A DNA stretch of 64,000 bases. Source: the human T2T-CHM13v2.0 reference genome, Homo sapiens. This document shows positions 38,812 through 52,745 of the stretch, piece by piece. Within the stretch, counting starts at the first letter, position 1. Each line of letters starts with the position of its first letter. The stretch lies in the NCBI RefSeq assembly GCF_009914755.1, contig NC_060935.1; one strand, written 5' to 3'. A model generated the notes under the pieces. That model searched no databases and was not told where the DNA came from. It saw nothing but the letters and a program-made list of their open reading frames with translations. The translations under genes and the position numbers were made by a program.

Positions 38812-39465
38812 ACACAAGTACAGATAAGTAATCCAAGAGAAACAATCTAGGGTATGTTATGCTTTAATGAACACTAATTAGTAGTGAGCATCAATTGGAA
38901 TCTCTTCTATGTTTTGGTGAACAGTACCTACCTCAAACTTCATTGTTACAGCCACAAGTTTCAGGAAATAATATAATAAAAACATGATTGAATCTTGCTG
39001 CTCCTGCTGAATGAATGACAACTGGACATCTGGTCTATGCTTGTCAAACTAGCTGTTCCCAATAAAATTTAGATCTGAAATTAGAAAATCTCACCTTTGG
39101 TTTCGCTCCTTTTGAAAAATGAAGGTAGATACATTACCAAATGAAGCAAGAATTGATTTCCTTTATAAGTAATTAAAACAGCCCCAAATAATATAGCATC
39201 CATTTAAATAGATTCATTTAAAGAAATGAAGCAGTATCATAAAAAGCTTCTGCTAGTACTTTAATTAAAAGATTCTTAAGAAGAGCCTTTTAGACATCTG
39301 CTGCATTGTCTCACTTCACCAATCTCAGACTCAATCTCTTATCTTACATTTTCTTCTTTTAATGCTGCATTATTTCTGTGTAGTTATTTCTCTATTTATT
39401 TTTGTCCAATCTTATATTTCTTGGTGCTTTCTTTACTCCCAGGTGTTTCTATAGGAAGCCTATAA

Positions 39466-39941
<476 letters not shown>

Positions 39942-40059
39942 TGCAACTAATTCTCTAAATTTGCTGCTGGTCAAGATTCAGCTTATATTATAATGTTGCT
40001 TAGAATATTTTTGTGTGTGTGAGCTCACACTGGCCTGCAAAACTCCCAAAATATTAGTA

Positions 40060-41170
40060 TAGTTCATTTTAGTTTTATAAGCATTTACTGAGGAGCTATC
40101 ATTTGTTAGTCACTCTGTTAGTTCTCTTTTATCAAGTGGATCAAAATACATAATGAGAGATGGATATAGGAAAAGGCAATTGCAATAGAGTTGCTCACAG
40201 AGATATGCATGATAAGTAGGGAAAACAAGAATGAGCATAATCCTCAAGTTATCTGAAAATATATTAATAGGAACTATGATTATCCTCTATAACTTGGGAA
40301 TATGTGGCAAGGTGGATAATAGGAGAAGATACTGGGCAGTCAGGCAGGGTTACAGTTTATGAAGGCTCTGAGCTTTATCCTATAGGCAGTGGGTATTAAT
40401 TAAAGGATGTTAACTAGAAATATTATATTATTACATAGGTATTTATTAATAATTTTGATACATAACTTCTTTGTTTACAAAATTACAAAAATCTGATACT
40501 TGGCAAATGAAAATTTACTCCAATCCCACTCTGTAGATATAATCACTGTTAATAGTTTAGTATCAATATTCAACATTTCCCTATGTACTTAATATTATTG
40601 AAAACATTGAATCTTGGTACATATACACTTCTGGAATTTGTTTTTGTCAATAAATTATAGAATATATAGAATGTCAATACAGACCATTTTGCATTTTGCA
40701 TTCTTTTGTAACAGCTGCAGAGCATGTATTTCATTATTTATATGCAACATAATTCACTTACACAGATCTCTTGGTGAACATTTAAATTATTCCTGCTTAT
40801 TTATTCAAATGGTACTGTGGCACACAATTTTCTATATATATCTGCTCTGTTTGCTCCTTTTTCTTTGAAATAAATTCTAAGAGTCTGTGGGTCAAAGACA
40901 GGGCTACCACATTGAATTATTCCAGAAGACATCATTCTTGTTGTAATCTAAGGGAATAGTATCTCTAAAATTATACAGCGCATAGCCTCCAACTTTAACA
41001 CTCTTAAACATTATGTTATATTGCTTCTTGGTATGTGCTATACATTGTTCTCAGTGTTTCACATGCAAAAACTCATTTTTTTAAACAACATCATGAAATG
41101 GATATTTTATGCCCATTTTACAGATGAGATATGTAATGCTTACAGGGTTAAATGATGTGTACATATTCAC
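40060..41170 (-). mobile_element. Degraded L2 (about 40060-40440), L1ME (about 40480-40900) and MIR (about 41020-41170)
   Basis: AAGCATTTACTGAG, CTTTATCCTATAGGCAGTGGG and CCCATTTTACAGATGAG. Confidence 0.55.
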
Positions 41171-42863
41171 ATTAAGCTTTCAATGAAATGTGAATTTTGG
41201 TAGATAAATACAATGGAATGTCAATTGTAGAAAATCAGGAACTACAAAATATGCTTCAAAACCTAGTGCCAGAGCACCTCTTGGGAGACAAATAAGTTAA
41301 TATTGAGTCTGCAAAAATGTATTGTAAAGAAACAAAGAAAAAAAAAACCTACTAATGAAATTCCCTTCCACAAATCCACTGAATTCACCGTATCAGAGGG
41401 AAGTGGAATGAAACTCTCAGGCCAGCAGTGGAAACTGTAAATCTGGGGCTTGTGTCATGGCATTAAATTATAGAGTCAGAAATAAGGATCTAAAGCCCGT
41501 CAGTGGTATAAATAACTGAAAAGAAATTACAGTCTAAAACGGGCTGCATACATATTTAAAAAGTGCTGTGTATACTGCTTGGAAAAATATATGATGCTAA
41601 ATCTAATAGCCCCATCTTGCTTCCTAGCTCTTAAGCAGTAATTTAAAGGCCCAGCATCTTGAAAGGGGACAAAAAGGATCATGAATATCCTGAACACATG
41701 TAAAGTTAAGATATACTAATGACTGCTATGGTATAAATGAAGGGCCATCTCTTAGAGCCATGCTATTCTTTATTCTGTAATAAATGATGCTTATTATATT
41801 AAATAAACAAGATAGTCCTGCAGGTCTCACGTTTTAAGAATAAGTCCTTGTGTGTCTTTCTACCCTCTTGTCTTTTTTATAGGGTGCAAGGACAGAGCTC
41901 TTAAAGTTCATTTCAGGCTCAAATGGATTATATAAATACATATCCACATAGACTTTTTATTTTCATCTTAAAGACACAACAGTAGATTCATCTTATTGCT
42001 GTTATATTTGCCTACAATATCACTCTATTTTATCATGGAGAAAAAATACAATTTTTATTAGTTGTCTTTGGCATAAAGAATAATAAAAATGCCCTTTCAA
42101 AAAATAATTCAAAATTATGAAGTATTAGTTTCATTCCTATTTAATGATATTCACTAAAGATCTCTCTGAAAAAAAGCATATTTTTCAAGAGAAATTGGGA
42201 GAGAAAGCAACCTGATCAGGAAAGAACATTTATTTTAAAAGTTTTTTATTTCTCATATGAAATGACATTTCTATGAAAATTGAAGTGTAGATGCTCTTAG
42301 TTGGTAAGTTAAACGCTTCTAAATGTCACCTTTAAACATTCAAAAATTGGTTATTTAGTTATTTTATCATAAATAGGTTTATTGCTGAGTACGCTGGGAA
42401 AAAAATATGTTAGGTAAGAGGTTTCTGAATCTTCCTGAAACATCACTTCCCTTTGTATCTTTCCACTGTGAAGAATTTAAAATTTTGTGCAACTATTCTC
42501 AGAATCTTCACTGAATTACTGGAAGACTCCCACACAAATTTACAGTTTATAAAAATGCTGGAAGAAATTGAAATGTTGGCATATATTAGATTTCAGCAAG
42601 TAAAGCGAACTGGCTAATTTATGTCAGTCAGGCCAGAGGATAGGTATATGTGTAGAACTCTTTTCACTTGAAATGCGGTATTAATGGTTAAGAAGGGATA
42701 CATACTGGGAACCCAAATCCCATCCCAGGCCTTTTCTTCTACTACACTATGCTTGCCTCCTCTACTGCCAGTTCTGATGGCATTTCCAAGCACTTCTCTA
42801 GAAATCAACTCCTGTTTAATAGGATTCTGGATGGAAACAGATGGTACACCCAAAAAGAAAGAA

Positions 42864-42868
<5 letters not shown>

Positions 42869-42896
<28 letters not shown>
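42869..42896. repeat. (GA)14
   Basis: Counted directly. Confidence 0.9.
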
Positions 42897-42898
<2 letters not shown>

Positions 42899-42899
42899 T

Positions 42900-44030
42900 C
42901 TTTACAGATTTGTGCAGAGAGATAAAGAAATCAACAAGAGACAGCTAAGCACTCATGCATGAACTATTTTAGGGAGTCTTTGTCACTCAACTGGATGACC
43001 AAAAGGACAGTGGAAGGGAGAAGACTTTCTGGAAGTTGTGGCCAGGAGAGTTTAATCATCTGAGGGAAACCGTGGTCATTGGTAGAGCAACACAGCCACT
43101 GTCCCTATCAAGGCACTACTGTCCCATGATCTGTCAGGGAGAAGGTGAGGGAAATCAATAGCCTAAAATCTCTGTTCTTGCCTCTCCTGAGCCTACAAAA
43201 GTAAAAGCAGTCTTTTGAATAGCAAAGAATAGATCTGGTATCAATTTTGCCACCCACCACTACCAATGTCTTTCTTTAAGTGAGAAACATACATACAATC
43301 TATGTTACCACAAAGAGAAAACAGTCATGTTAGTCACTGTGTCACTGCAGGGTGTTCACTTCAGTGATATTCAGTGATATCATTGAAATCTCATTATGAA
43401 ACTAGCCACCGTCTGTGCTCTACATATAAGAAAGCTGAGCCAAGAATGGTGGCTGACACCTGTAATCCCAGCACCTTGAGAGGCCAAGGCAGGAGGATTC
43501 CTTTAAGCCAGGAAATTCAGGCTGCAGTGAGTTATGATTGAATCACTGCACTCAAGTCTGGGTGAAAGAGTGAGAAGAAAGAAAGAGAGAAAGAAAGAAA
43601 GAAGAAAAAAGGAAAGGAAAGGAAGAGTAAAAGAGAGAGAGAGAGAAAGAGAGAAAGGAGTCAGAGAGAAAGTTGTGTGTGAGGATACGGTTAGAGTAGA
43701 GAAAATGGTTTAAGCCAATAACCCACTGTGATTGTCCCTGCCTCTGTAGCTGGTCACAGAAATTAGGCTGATAATCATGGATCATCATTCCACTTACTTT
43801 TTTCCATTCCTTTGGCCTTCTGTCAGAACTTAGCTGCTAGAGCTATTTAATCTGGTGGGATAACCTTAATTGTCTCAAGCTTACAGTTCCTTGTGGCATT
43901 CTTCATAGGACTGCACTTTTTCATGTGCCACTATTTGTGGATATGGAAGTACTGAGATATGTATCAATGATCTAATGGACTCCAAGCATGATTCTCATTC
44001 CTTCTTTGTGGAACTGCCATCAACTTGTAT
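42900..44030 (-). mobile_element. Ancient ERVL LTR (LTR33-like) plus internal-sequence remnants
   Basis: GGTCATTGGTAGAG…CAGCCACTG and CCCTGCCTCTGTAGCTGGTCAC resemble ERVL. The assignment is weak. Confidence 0.4.
43438..43670 (+). mobile_element. Monomeric Alu (FRAM/FAM-like) with GA-rich tail
   Basis: GGTGGCTGACACCTGTAATCCCAGCAC…GGCTGCAGTGAGTTATGATT…CACTGCACTC, a single monomer. Confidence 0.85.
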
Positions 44031-44394
44031 TCTTCCCTTGAGATCTAATACCTAAATCTAAATCTAAGATTGTAAGAATGTAGGAATGAAAAGCAAAATA
44101 TCTTTAAATGTGTGTTTAGATATCACAGTTGAATGCATTCTTGAATGGCCTCTGAATCTCAGCAGTTCTGGATAGCATCGCCGTGTGGACCGTGACTAGC
44201 TGAGTGATATTGTTGAAATATAATGACATTGTCTGGAACTCACTTTTTCATCTATAAACTAGAATATAAATTTGAAGATCTCTTCCATCACTAATATTCT
44301 TTCATTATATGATTATAATACCAATTAATTGCAACCAAAGACATCTAGATATTTTATGACTTTCAGGGGAAAGATGCAGAAGCATAGAATAGCA

Positions 44395-44500
44395 AAAATA
44401 GTAATGATATCAGCTAATATTTGTAGAGCATTTATTTTGTGCACAATACAATGCTAAATCCTTTGCATGTGTTATTTCATTTAATCCTCAAACAACCTGT
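44395..44500 (-). mobile_element. MIR
   Basis: AGCTAATATTTGTAGAGCATTTA…TCATTTAATCCTCAAACAACC. Confidence 0.7.
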
Positions 44501-45141
44501 CTGCAAAAGTACTGCTTTTTTCAGACTTTACTTCAGTAACCCAGATTAATAATTTAAATTCAGGCAATTTAATCTAGTAATTAAACACAGAATGTTTGAG
44601 AACTAAAATAAATTGCCTGCTGTAAGCCAGAGGGTCAGAATGAATTGATGGCTCAGCAGTTTCTGTCTCCATTAAGATATCTAAAATGTTTATAAATAAT
44701 ATACTATTCAGCCACATTATGAAAGAATGAAATAAGAAATGAGTTTGGCTTTTTAAAAAAAACTTACATGGGCTACTGTTTTCTAAGCTACCTATTATAA
44801 AACACTTAACATGCTAGGGACTTCCGCTATAGTGTATTTATTATCATATATAGAAATTCTATGGAATATTGATCACGAGCTCCATTTTACTTGCAAAGAG
44901 ACTTATAGAAGAAAAATAACTTGCCTGAGTTTATACATCTAGTAAATGCTGGGTTTAGGGTTTCTCCTGAAGTCTAACCTAACCTGAAAACTGTATTCCT
45001 TACAGCTGGTCTTTCTTTTCGTCTTAGACAATATCTACAGTGGAGTAAGTATTGATGGGAGTAGGTTATGCTGTACTCAGGGCTTAGCCTCAAGCAAGAT
45101 TGGAGTGAAATTTGCAAGCAAACAACCCCATTCTGGACTTG

Positions 45142-45633
45142 TGAAACCGGCCCAATTGTCCCGTAAAGCTGATGTTGTTTCTTTGAATAAGCATAGAAAT
45201 TGATCCTCTCAGTCTTAAAACTTGAGAAAGTTTCCTTTGTCTTACCTGAGTTCCTGTCTCAGGGAACCAACCATCAGGTCTCTCAGATAATATCACAGAG
45301 CAGAAACACAGCAGGTCACTGCTGTTGGACAGTGAGACATGAAACTCCTCAACTGTCATGATTGCATAACCAACCATCTGCTTCCTGTTGACCAACTCCT
45401 CTTCCTTACCCTTTACTAATTCCTGTTTTCCGACTCATGGTTACATTTTTTCCTTGCTATACAAATCCCTAACTTTAGTTGGTCAGGGAGATGGATTTGA
45501 GACTGATCTCCCATCTCCTTTCTTGCAGCACCCAATTAAAGCCTTCTTCCTTCCAATACTCATTGTCACAGTGATTGGCTTTCTGTTTGGCAAGTAGCAG
45601 AACTTAGATCAAACTCCTGGTGTTTTGGTAACA
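45142..45633 (+). mobile_element. ERV1 solo LTR (LTR54-like) with 4-bp TSD CTTG/CTTA
   Basis: TGAAACCGGCCCAATTGTCCC…ATTAAAGCCTTCTTCC…TTTTGGTAACA. Confidence 0.85.
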
Positions 45634-46079
45634 CTTACAACGTCCGTCCTCTTTCTTATCCATATCCAGGCTTAAGTGTTCAACACAGTCATGGTAATGA
45701 TTTGACCACCACCTCTAAAATACCTAAAATGCCCTTATTTTCAGGTGATCTAAAAGGATGATAAAGACTGGAGGTTGCACAAATGTTCTGCAAACAGCTG
45801 GCACTAAAATACAAGAAGGGGCATCTTGTAGATTTACTCATTCTTAGGACTCACAGGTGACACAAAGTCTTCTCAGGCTTCAGGACGTACAGCGAACTGT
45901 AAAAAACTAGCTGTTGACACCCTTTGTTTCCTAGTTAAAAGAGCTAAGCATCTCATCTCCAAACTTTGGATATGGTAATACATCAGGGTACACTTCCAGT
46001 GAAATTGCCATAGATTTTACAATTATCTGCTAGCACAGGTGATATACTTTCAGCTTTCCTATTTGATATATAAATCAAA

Positions 46080-46558
46080 GATCTAGCTCAACTTGGATAT
46101 CAAAGACCCAATTTAACCTTTCAAATATAACACATGGGCCTATTCACCCACCTAATCCATCTCTCAACTTATTTCTATGGAAATAGCCAAAGAATTATAA
46201 GTACCAAGGACAATTTGAATTTACTTGAGAAATGATAGTTTATTCAATAAATGGTGCTATGACAGTTGGTTAACCAGTATTCAAATAAAAAGCATTTAAT
46301 CCCTACCTCATACCATAAAACAACAAATTCCAAATAAACTTAAAATAAGATCATTTAATAGAAGTTTAAAGAAAAGTTAATATGTATTAATGTAGCCTAA
46401 ATGAAAGCTTTTCTAGGCTTTTAAGGAAAAGAAAAAATTATAAATAAAAATTGAAAAGTAAATTATGAAAAGAATATAAGGGTGAGCCAAAAATAACATA
46501 AGTAAATTTTAAGCCAAATACTAGCTTAAACCAACCTAATAACCAACCTATAACAATA

Positions 46559-46610
<52 letters not shown>

Positions 46611-46900
46611 AGAGAGAGAGCGAGAGAGAGAAATGTTTCCTAATATATGACAAAACTGAATATCTGCTAACATAAACAAAAATATGTCCCCAATAAAAGC
46701 ATATAAGACAGCAAGAAAAGTTGAGCAAAGATAAAAAAAATACAAACCGTCAATAAGTACATTAAGATGCCCAAATCTATTGCTACTAAACGAGGGCAAT
46801 TTAAAGCAGCACTGAAAATATTTTTATTTAACATATTAACATGACATTAAGTGGAATAAACGCAGCATAAAAGTGAAACTACTCTGTGTTATTATATTTT
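46080..46900 (+). mobile_element. L1ME ORF2 3' fragment
   Basis: TTATTCAATAAATGGTGCT…ATCCCTACCTCATACCATA…AAATTCCAAAT. Confidence 0.65.
46565..46630. repeat. (AC)22 followed by (GA)n; compound microsatellite
   Basis: Counted directly. Confidence 0.95.
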
Positions 46901-47881
46901 TAAAATGTTAAGATTATGATCTCAAAGTAATAATAATAATGGTCATTTAAAATTTTAACACAGTTTTGCATTTTTAAATTAAAAGGTATTTTAATAATAA
47001 AGCATATGTTATAATACAAGTTTTCATACAGGTCATAATCTGTTTTCACAAGACAAACTGCATGATTTTTGGTGATCTTGACAGTCACTAAAACTCAGAT
47101 CCATATCAAATTGATAATTTGATAAGCCACTAATTAGCCCATGCTCTGTGTAGGGCCCTGAGGTAAGAAAAGCCTTAGTCTACCTGTACACAGAGCTGAT
47201 GTTTTCTGTCACAGAATATTGAGGTATTTTATGTATCATCACAATTTTAATATATTATCTCATTTAATAAATCAACAGCTCTGCTAGGAAGGTGTTATTG
47301 ACAGCACCATATAGAAGATAACTAGAAATGAAATGTACTTCACTTACAGAAACCCAAGGGAAATGAGTAGACTAAGTCTTTGGCACTACCTCTAGCTAGA
47401 AAATGCTTTTATTTGGCTTCCAACAGCTTACTTACTAGTCCTGAGCCCCTCTGGGTGAATTTACGTCTAGTATTTATGTTTGAGCCAGGTGGTTATCTTT
47501 AAGTTACATTAGCATAGGCCATATTGGTTCAGAAGTAGTCCAGCTCCCACTGCTTTGAAAAAAGGTTTTTGATCACCTCATGTCTCTGCTGATTTAGCTG
47601 GCCCTCTTCTAAACTCATAGAAAACACTGGGGTTTTTTTTTTGTACCCCAGCATATATGACATCATCTTACTATTTTTGGAATATTTTGTGGGGTTTTTG
47701 TATTAATAAAATTTACTTAATTGTAATTGTATAGAATGTAATTTGTGACCTGGTTGTTGAACAAACTTCTAACAAAATTTCCTGAAATTTTAAAAAGCAG
47801 CTCTGATGAGTTAGTACAAAATCAGCTCTATCACAAAACTTTGTAACTCATATAACCAAAAGCTCTTTAGGGTTCCCTCAA

Positions 47882-48232
47882 TTATTATTTTTAGTTACAT
47901 TTTTGAAAGCGATATATAGTATTTGTACACATTTATGGAGTACATGTGATATTCTGATACATGCATGGAATGTGTAATGATCAAGTCAGGTATTCAGGAT
48001 ATCCATAATCTCAAACATTTATTATTTCTTTACATTCAAAACATTTCAAATCTTCTCTTCTACTTTAAAACAGAATATATATTGCTGTTAACTGTAGTCA
48101 TTCTATTGTTCTATCAAACACTAGAACTGCTTCTTCTATCTAACTCTACATAAATAACCATTAACCAACCTCTCTGCATACTTCACTTTCTACATTCTTT
48201 CCGTTCTTTGATAAGTATCGTTCTATTCTTTC
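47882..48232 (-). mobile_element. L1MA 3'UTR end
   Basis: TTGTACACATTTATGGAGTACATGTGATATT…TGTGTAATGATCAAGTCAGG. Confidence 0.88.
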
Positions 48233-48741
48233 TCATTTGTGTGTGTGCTTTACCACTAAGTTTTAAAGTACCACACTTTAATGTGTTTTCATGATGGTAG
48301 GAGTCACCCTTTTATTTTCAGATGTATGACTCTCTTGAGCATTGTTTTGTGGGGCCAGTCTAGAGGTGATAAATTCTTTCAATTTTTCCTAGTCTTGAAA
48401 AGATTCCATTTCTTCATGATTTTTGAAAGGTAGTTTTTCTGGGTATGGTATTCTTGCTTGACATTTCCCTTTCAGCATTTTGAATATATTATCCCATTCT
48501 CACCTCCGCTGTGAGGTTTCTGCTGAGAAATCTGCCATTGGTTTGATGGGGATTCCTTTATATGTGACTTCATGCCTTTCATTTTCTGTCTTTAGATTTC
48601 TCTCTTTGTCTCTGACTTTTGAAAGTTTGATGATAATGTGCCTGGGAGAATACCTTTTTTGGTTGTATTTACTTGGGGATCCTTAAGCTCTTTGCATTTG
48701 GATATCTAACTCTCTTGTAAGGGTTGCAAAGTTTTCAGGGC

Positions 48742-48742
<1 letters not shown>

Positions 48743-48781
<39 letters not shown>
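48743..48781. repeat. (TTA)13
   Basis: Counted directly. Confidence 0.95.
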
Positions 48782-48782
<1 letters not shown>

Positions 48783-49574
48783 ATAGGCTTTCTATGACAT
48801 CTCCCATCTGTAATCCTTTTAGCACAATCCCAAAAATAAAATATTGCGTTACTTGACCGTGTTCCTTTGTCACTTAGGCTTTCTTCATTATTTTTTATTC
48901 TTTTTTTTCTTTTTGTTTAAGTTCAGAAATTTTTTTCCCTGCTTGATTTGATCTATTGTTGAAGCTCTGGATTGCATTTTTTATTTCATTTATGAATTAG
49001 TTCAAGCATTTCTGTTTGGTTCTTTTTTATGTTATGTAACTTGTTGAATTTATATTTCAGATCCTAAATTGTTTTTAAATTTTCTTTTGTTGTTTATCTG
49101 TATTCTCTTGTATCTCACTAAGCTTCTTTAATATCATTATTTGAATTCTTTTTCAGCCATCTCATAGAGGCTGATTTTTTCAGGTATTTCATAAACCTTT
49201 GTTGGAATCTGTTGCTGAAGAACTATTGTGGTCATTTGGAGGCCTCACATTTTCTTCCTTTTTTATGTTTTTCATGCCCTCAGTTTATATGTGCATATTT
49301 GGCATAACTGTTGCTTCTTTCCAATTATTTTGTATGAGCTTTTGTAGGAAAAGCCTTTTTCCTGAAGATATATCTATAGTATTGCTTGATTAAGGTATTT
49401 TAGCTTTGATTTTGGGTGAGTACAGCAGTGTAGTGTCTTTGTATGAGTTCTTTGGCTGTAATCAGCATCAGTGGTGTCTGTGAGTTCCTCAGTGGCTTAG
49501 GCTGTAGTTGTTAATGGAGTATGTGGTGAGGCTTTGCTGGGGATGGGTAAAACCCAGTGGTGATGGTGGCGGGC

Positions 49575-50295
49575 CAAACATGCCTGTCCTTGGGTCCACA
49601 GGTGGCATACATGAGTACCAGTGATAGTGGGTCCAGACAGGCCAATTCTTGGGTTTTCAGGTGGCTTCCTTGGGTGCTGGTAGTAGCAGTATTAAGCCAG
49701 GCAGGTAGCCGGGTAACTGAGCCACTGGGAAGCATGTGAGGTATTAGCAAATACAGTGGCAGTGGCAGGCCAACACTTGGGCTCCCAGGTGGCATGCACT
49801 AGTGCTTGCAATAATAGTGACAGCCTGGATAGGCCAGTCACCAGACCCCCAAGTGGTCTGTGTAAGTGAATACCCACAGTGGTGGTAGTATCAGGATGTG
49901 TGAGTCTATCCTCAGGCCCCCAGGAGGAGTATGTATGTGGACACTAGCAGTGGTAGGTGGGGCAAGGCAATTACCAGGCCCCCACTCAGTGTGCTCTGGC
50001 ACTGACGATGAATGGGCTTGACTTATTGTCAGGCCTACCGATCGTGAATCTGCATGCCCATGGCAACAGATGGGGCAGATGGATTCCCAGGCCCATGGAT
50101 GGTACACTCAGGTATTGCAGGGGTGGTGTGGCAGGCAGTGCAGGCCTGTCCTCAGACCCACAGTGTTGGACTGTGGTTGGCAGGGCAGGGTGATCTCCAG
50201 GGCCTGGTGTATCCAGGTGCCAGTGGTAGGCAGGCTGGGTCTTCCGTCAAGTCTCCTGATGGGGTTGGTCTCCAGGCCTACTGATGGCGCATGCT
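49575..50295. repeat. Degenerate GC-rich tandem array of about 55-70 bp units in the L1M 5'UTR
   Basis: A recurrent core, CTTGGG/CCAGG…CAGGTGGC/GATGG, appears near 49589, 49648, 49776, 49841, 49911, 49974, 50029, 50086, 50152 and 50272. Confidence 0.7.
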
Positions 50296-51755
50296 GGTGT
50301 CTGGCATCCCTGCTGCTGGGAGGCAGCATTGCTCTCAGTGGTAGGAACCCCTGCTGGCAGCTCTCAGGCTTTGGGGAGAGCACATTTTAGCTCTCTTTGT
50401 TTTGAGGGCATCCTCCTCAGTGCACTTTACCACATATTCCCTGAGGTGTACGACACTATGGTCCAGAGTGCTGAGGACCTGGACACACTGCTGGGTACAG
50501 CCAGCATTGCACTGCTGCAGCCCTCTGGGTTGATATGGGTGTATATCAGTGGGGGTCCAGAATGGGTAAAATAGGGTATATTGGGCCCCAGGGTACCCAG
50601 GGTAAAATGTAGTATAGTGAGGGCTGTCCTCTCCAAATGGTGCCATGCTGCAGCTCTTTAGGTCCAGGTAGTGTGTAGGATCCAGCATGAACTCCCTCTT
50701 TGGAAAAATGCTGTTACACAGATCTAGGCAGCTCTCTATACAAGTCTAAGGGCACTAGAGGACCAAGGAGCTCTCCTGTGGCTAGGATTACAGGAGTCTG
50801 TAATGGAACTGTAGACCACTGGGTATCTCTCACTTACCCTTTCCCCACATTGTGAAGCCTCTCTGAGCTCCCAGTAAATCTTGGCCAGTTGGCTGCCTCA
50901 CTTCTCCCTCCTTTCATGCCTTACAAGTTCATTATCACTTCCTTGCTAAATTCCAGTGTTCTTTGTTAAATGCTCTATTTGCTGTGTGATTATCTACTTG
51001 CTCTTTTGGTCCTTTTCATGGTGACGACTGGATGCCTCTAGTCAGCCATCTTGAAGCCTCTCCCCTCAAAAATGTTAAAAGCATAAACTTGTTCTGAGAT
51101 CCAAAGTTTGAGAGCCACTGTTCTAAGAATGATCTGTACACTGAAAGCTGGTGAAAGGTAATCAAGACTGGTGATTGGATTAAAGAAGAAATTTAAGAGG
51201 GAAAAGTGTGCTGAGCAATGAGAAGGGAATCAGGAGCCACAGAGAGGGGATTTTGTTAGCCTTGGTAAGTATTTCTTTTTTTGCCTACAAAATGGCTATC
51301 ACTTTGAGTGTAAAGTTATATTTTATTTTCTTATGTATCTTTATATCCATAATATATATAATACAATCAAGTCTGTTGTTGCTGAATTACTGTTTCTTAT
51401 GTAGAATCAATCTACAACATCAAAGAAATTTCAAAAAGTTTTTGCCTAGAAACCAGGGCTGCTTCAAAAGTGAATAATGTATATTTAAATAAATATTCAG
51501 TCAAACTGTCTCCTCAGAGAACAGTGTATTTGTCTAAACCTATATTGTTGAATTAAGTTTAAAGTTCAAAGACTTTATTTCAAATTTATGGATTATGACT
51601 AATATATTGTCAATTACAGTGTAGTTTAACCAAGAGCATTGTGCACAGAGAGAACTCATAACTGTGTGTATAAGCGGATTGGGAAGCCTGGGTGATGAGA
51701 GCACTATGCTATGAAAGTGATTGCCACTTAACAAATATCTATCTATCTCTCCACC

Positions 51756-51762
<7 letters not shown>

Positions 51763-51794
<32 letters not shown>
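51763..51794. repeat. (AC)16
   Basis: Counted directly. Confidence 0.95.
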
Positions 51795-51796
<2 letters not shown>

Positions 51797-52449
51797 CTAT
51801 ACTATTTTAAATAGGAATATAGTCTGAGAGAAAACTAAAGCAGGAAAGGTGGATAGCAAGTATGAGAGGTGGAAGGTCTCATGTTTATTTAGGTTTATTA
51901 GATTTTTTATTTGATTTACTGTTATTAGGTTTATCAGAGAAGGCCATACTGATACATTCACATTTGAATAGAAGCCTAAGGGAGTGAAAGAGCTGTCACA
52001 GACATATCAGGTCCACATTCCAGAACAAAGATCTTTGCACCTGGTGTACTTGAAAAGTCTCCTGTCGTTTTAAGAATAAGAATCTCATAACCTCAAAAAG
52101 GTTTCTAGCAGTAAAAAGTTATTTTTGCTTACTTCATTAAGACTTAGATCTCTGATACGCCCTCTGTCAGTAATGGGCTTCAACTCTCAGTTCATTCATG
52201 GTCTTAGTTACCTACTTTTGGTTCTGAGCTGCATGTACCAATTTCCTAGCACTCAGTCATAAGTGTCATCTCTGAAACTACATGCAGGGCAAGGCCCAGG
52301 GCACATGAGAGTCAGAGAGCCATTTGTGGGAAACAGCACCTCAAATTCTAGTCTGTTCTTCAATTCTTGGTCTGGACATGGCTCGATCTGGTTGGCCTAT
52401 TTCTAGACTTTGCCTCTTTTTGCCTGTGAAGGCAGACTCAAGAGTAGAA

Positions 52450-52745
52450 ATATTGTGAATTGTGGAGTCAGACAGACCTGAGGCTGAATCCTCTTGTCGT
52501 CATTGACTGTGTGTGGTTTCAGGCAATGACTAAAGCTGTCAGGGCCTTGACTTTCTACAGCTGATAATAATGGTTATGATATCCACTTTTAAAGTTTCAA
52601 AATCATCTGAAGTTCTAGTAAAAATACAGATTGCTTGGCCCATTTCCCAGCATTAATAGTAGATCCCAGTAATTTGTATTGATAGCAATCTGCTAGATTA
52701 TGCTGATGCTCCTGCTCTAGAGACCACATTTTGAAAACTATTGAT
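52450..52745. mobile_element. MIR (about 52450-52585, +) and MER5A/B (about 52590-52745)
   Basis: TGGAGTCAGACAGACCTG (MIR) and AAAATACAGATTGCTTGGCCC…GACCACATTTTGAAAACTATTG (MER5). Confidence 0.7.

Larger units (their letters stand above)
48233..51064 (-). mobile_element. L1M1/L1M2-type 5'UTR with tandem-repeat region and degraded ORF1
   Basis: The 5' end reads GGGAGAGGCTTCAAGATGGCTGACTAGAGGCATC on the element strand. ORF1 antisense gives VSAEKSAIGLMGIPLYV in ORF 48480-48686. Confidence 0.88.

Noticed and set aside
49575-50295. CRISPR-like repeat-spacer array
   Set aside because: The units are degenerate along their full length, lie inside an L1 in a mammalian genome, and have no cas genes.
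49511-50688. Dense overlapping ORFs or a CpG island
   Set aside because: They result from the GC-rich, stop-poor L1M 5'UTR, and CpGs are depleted.
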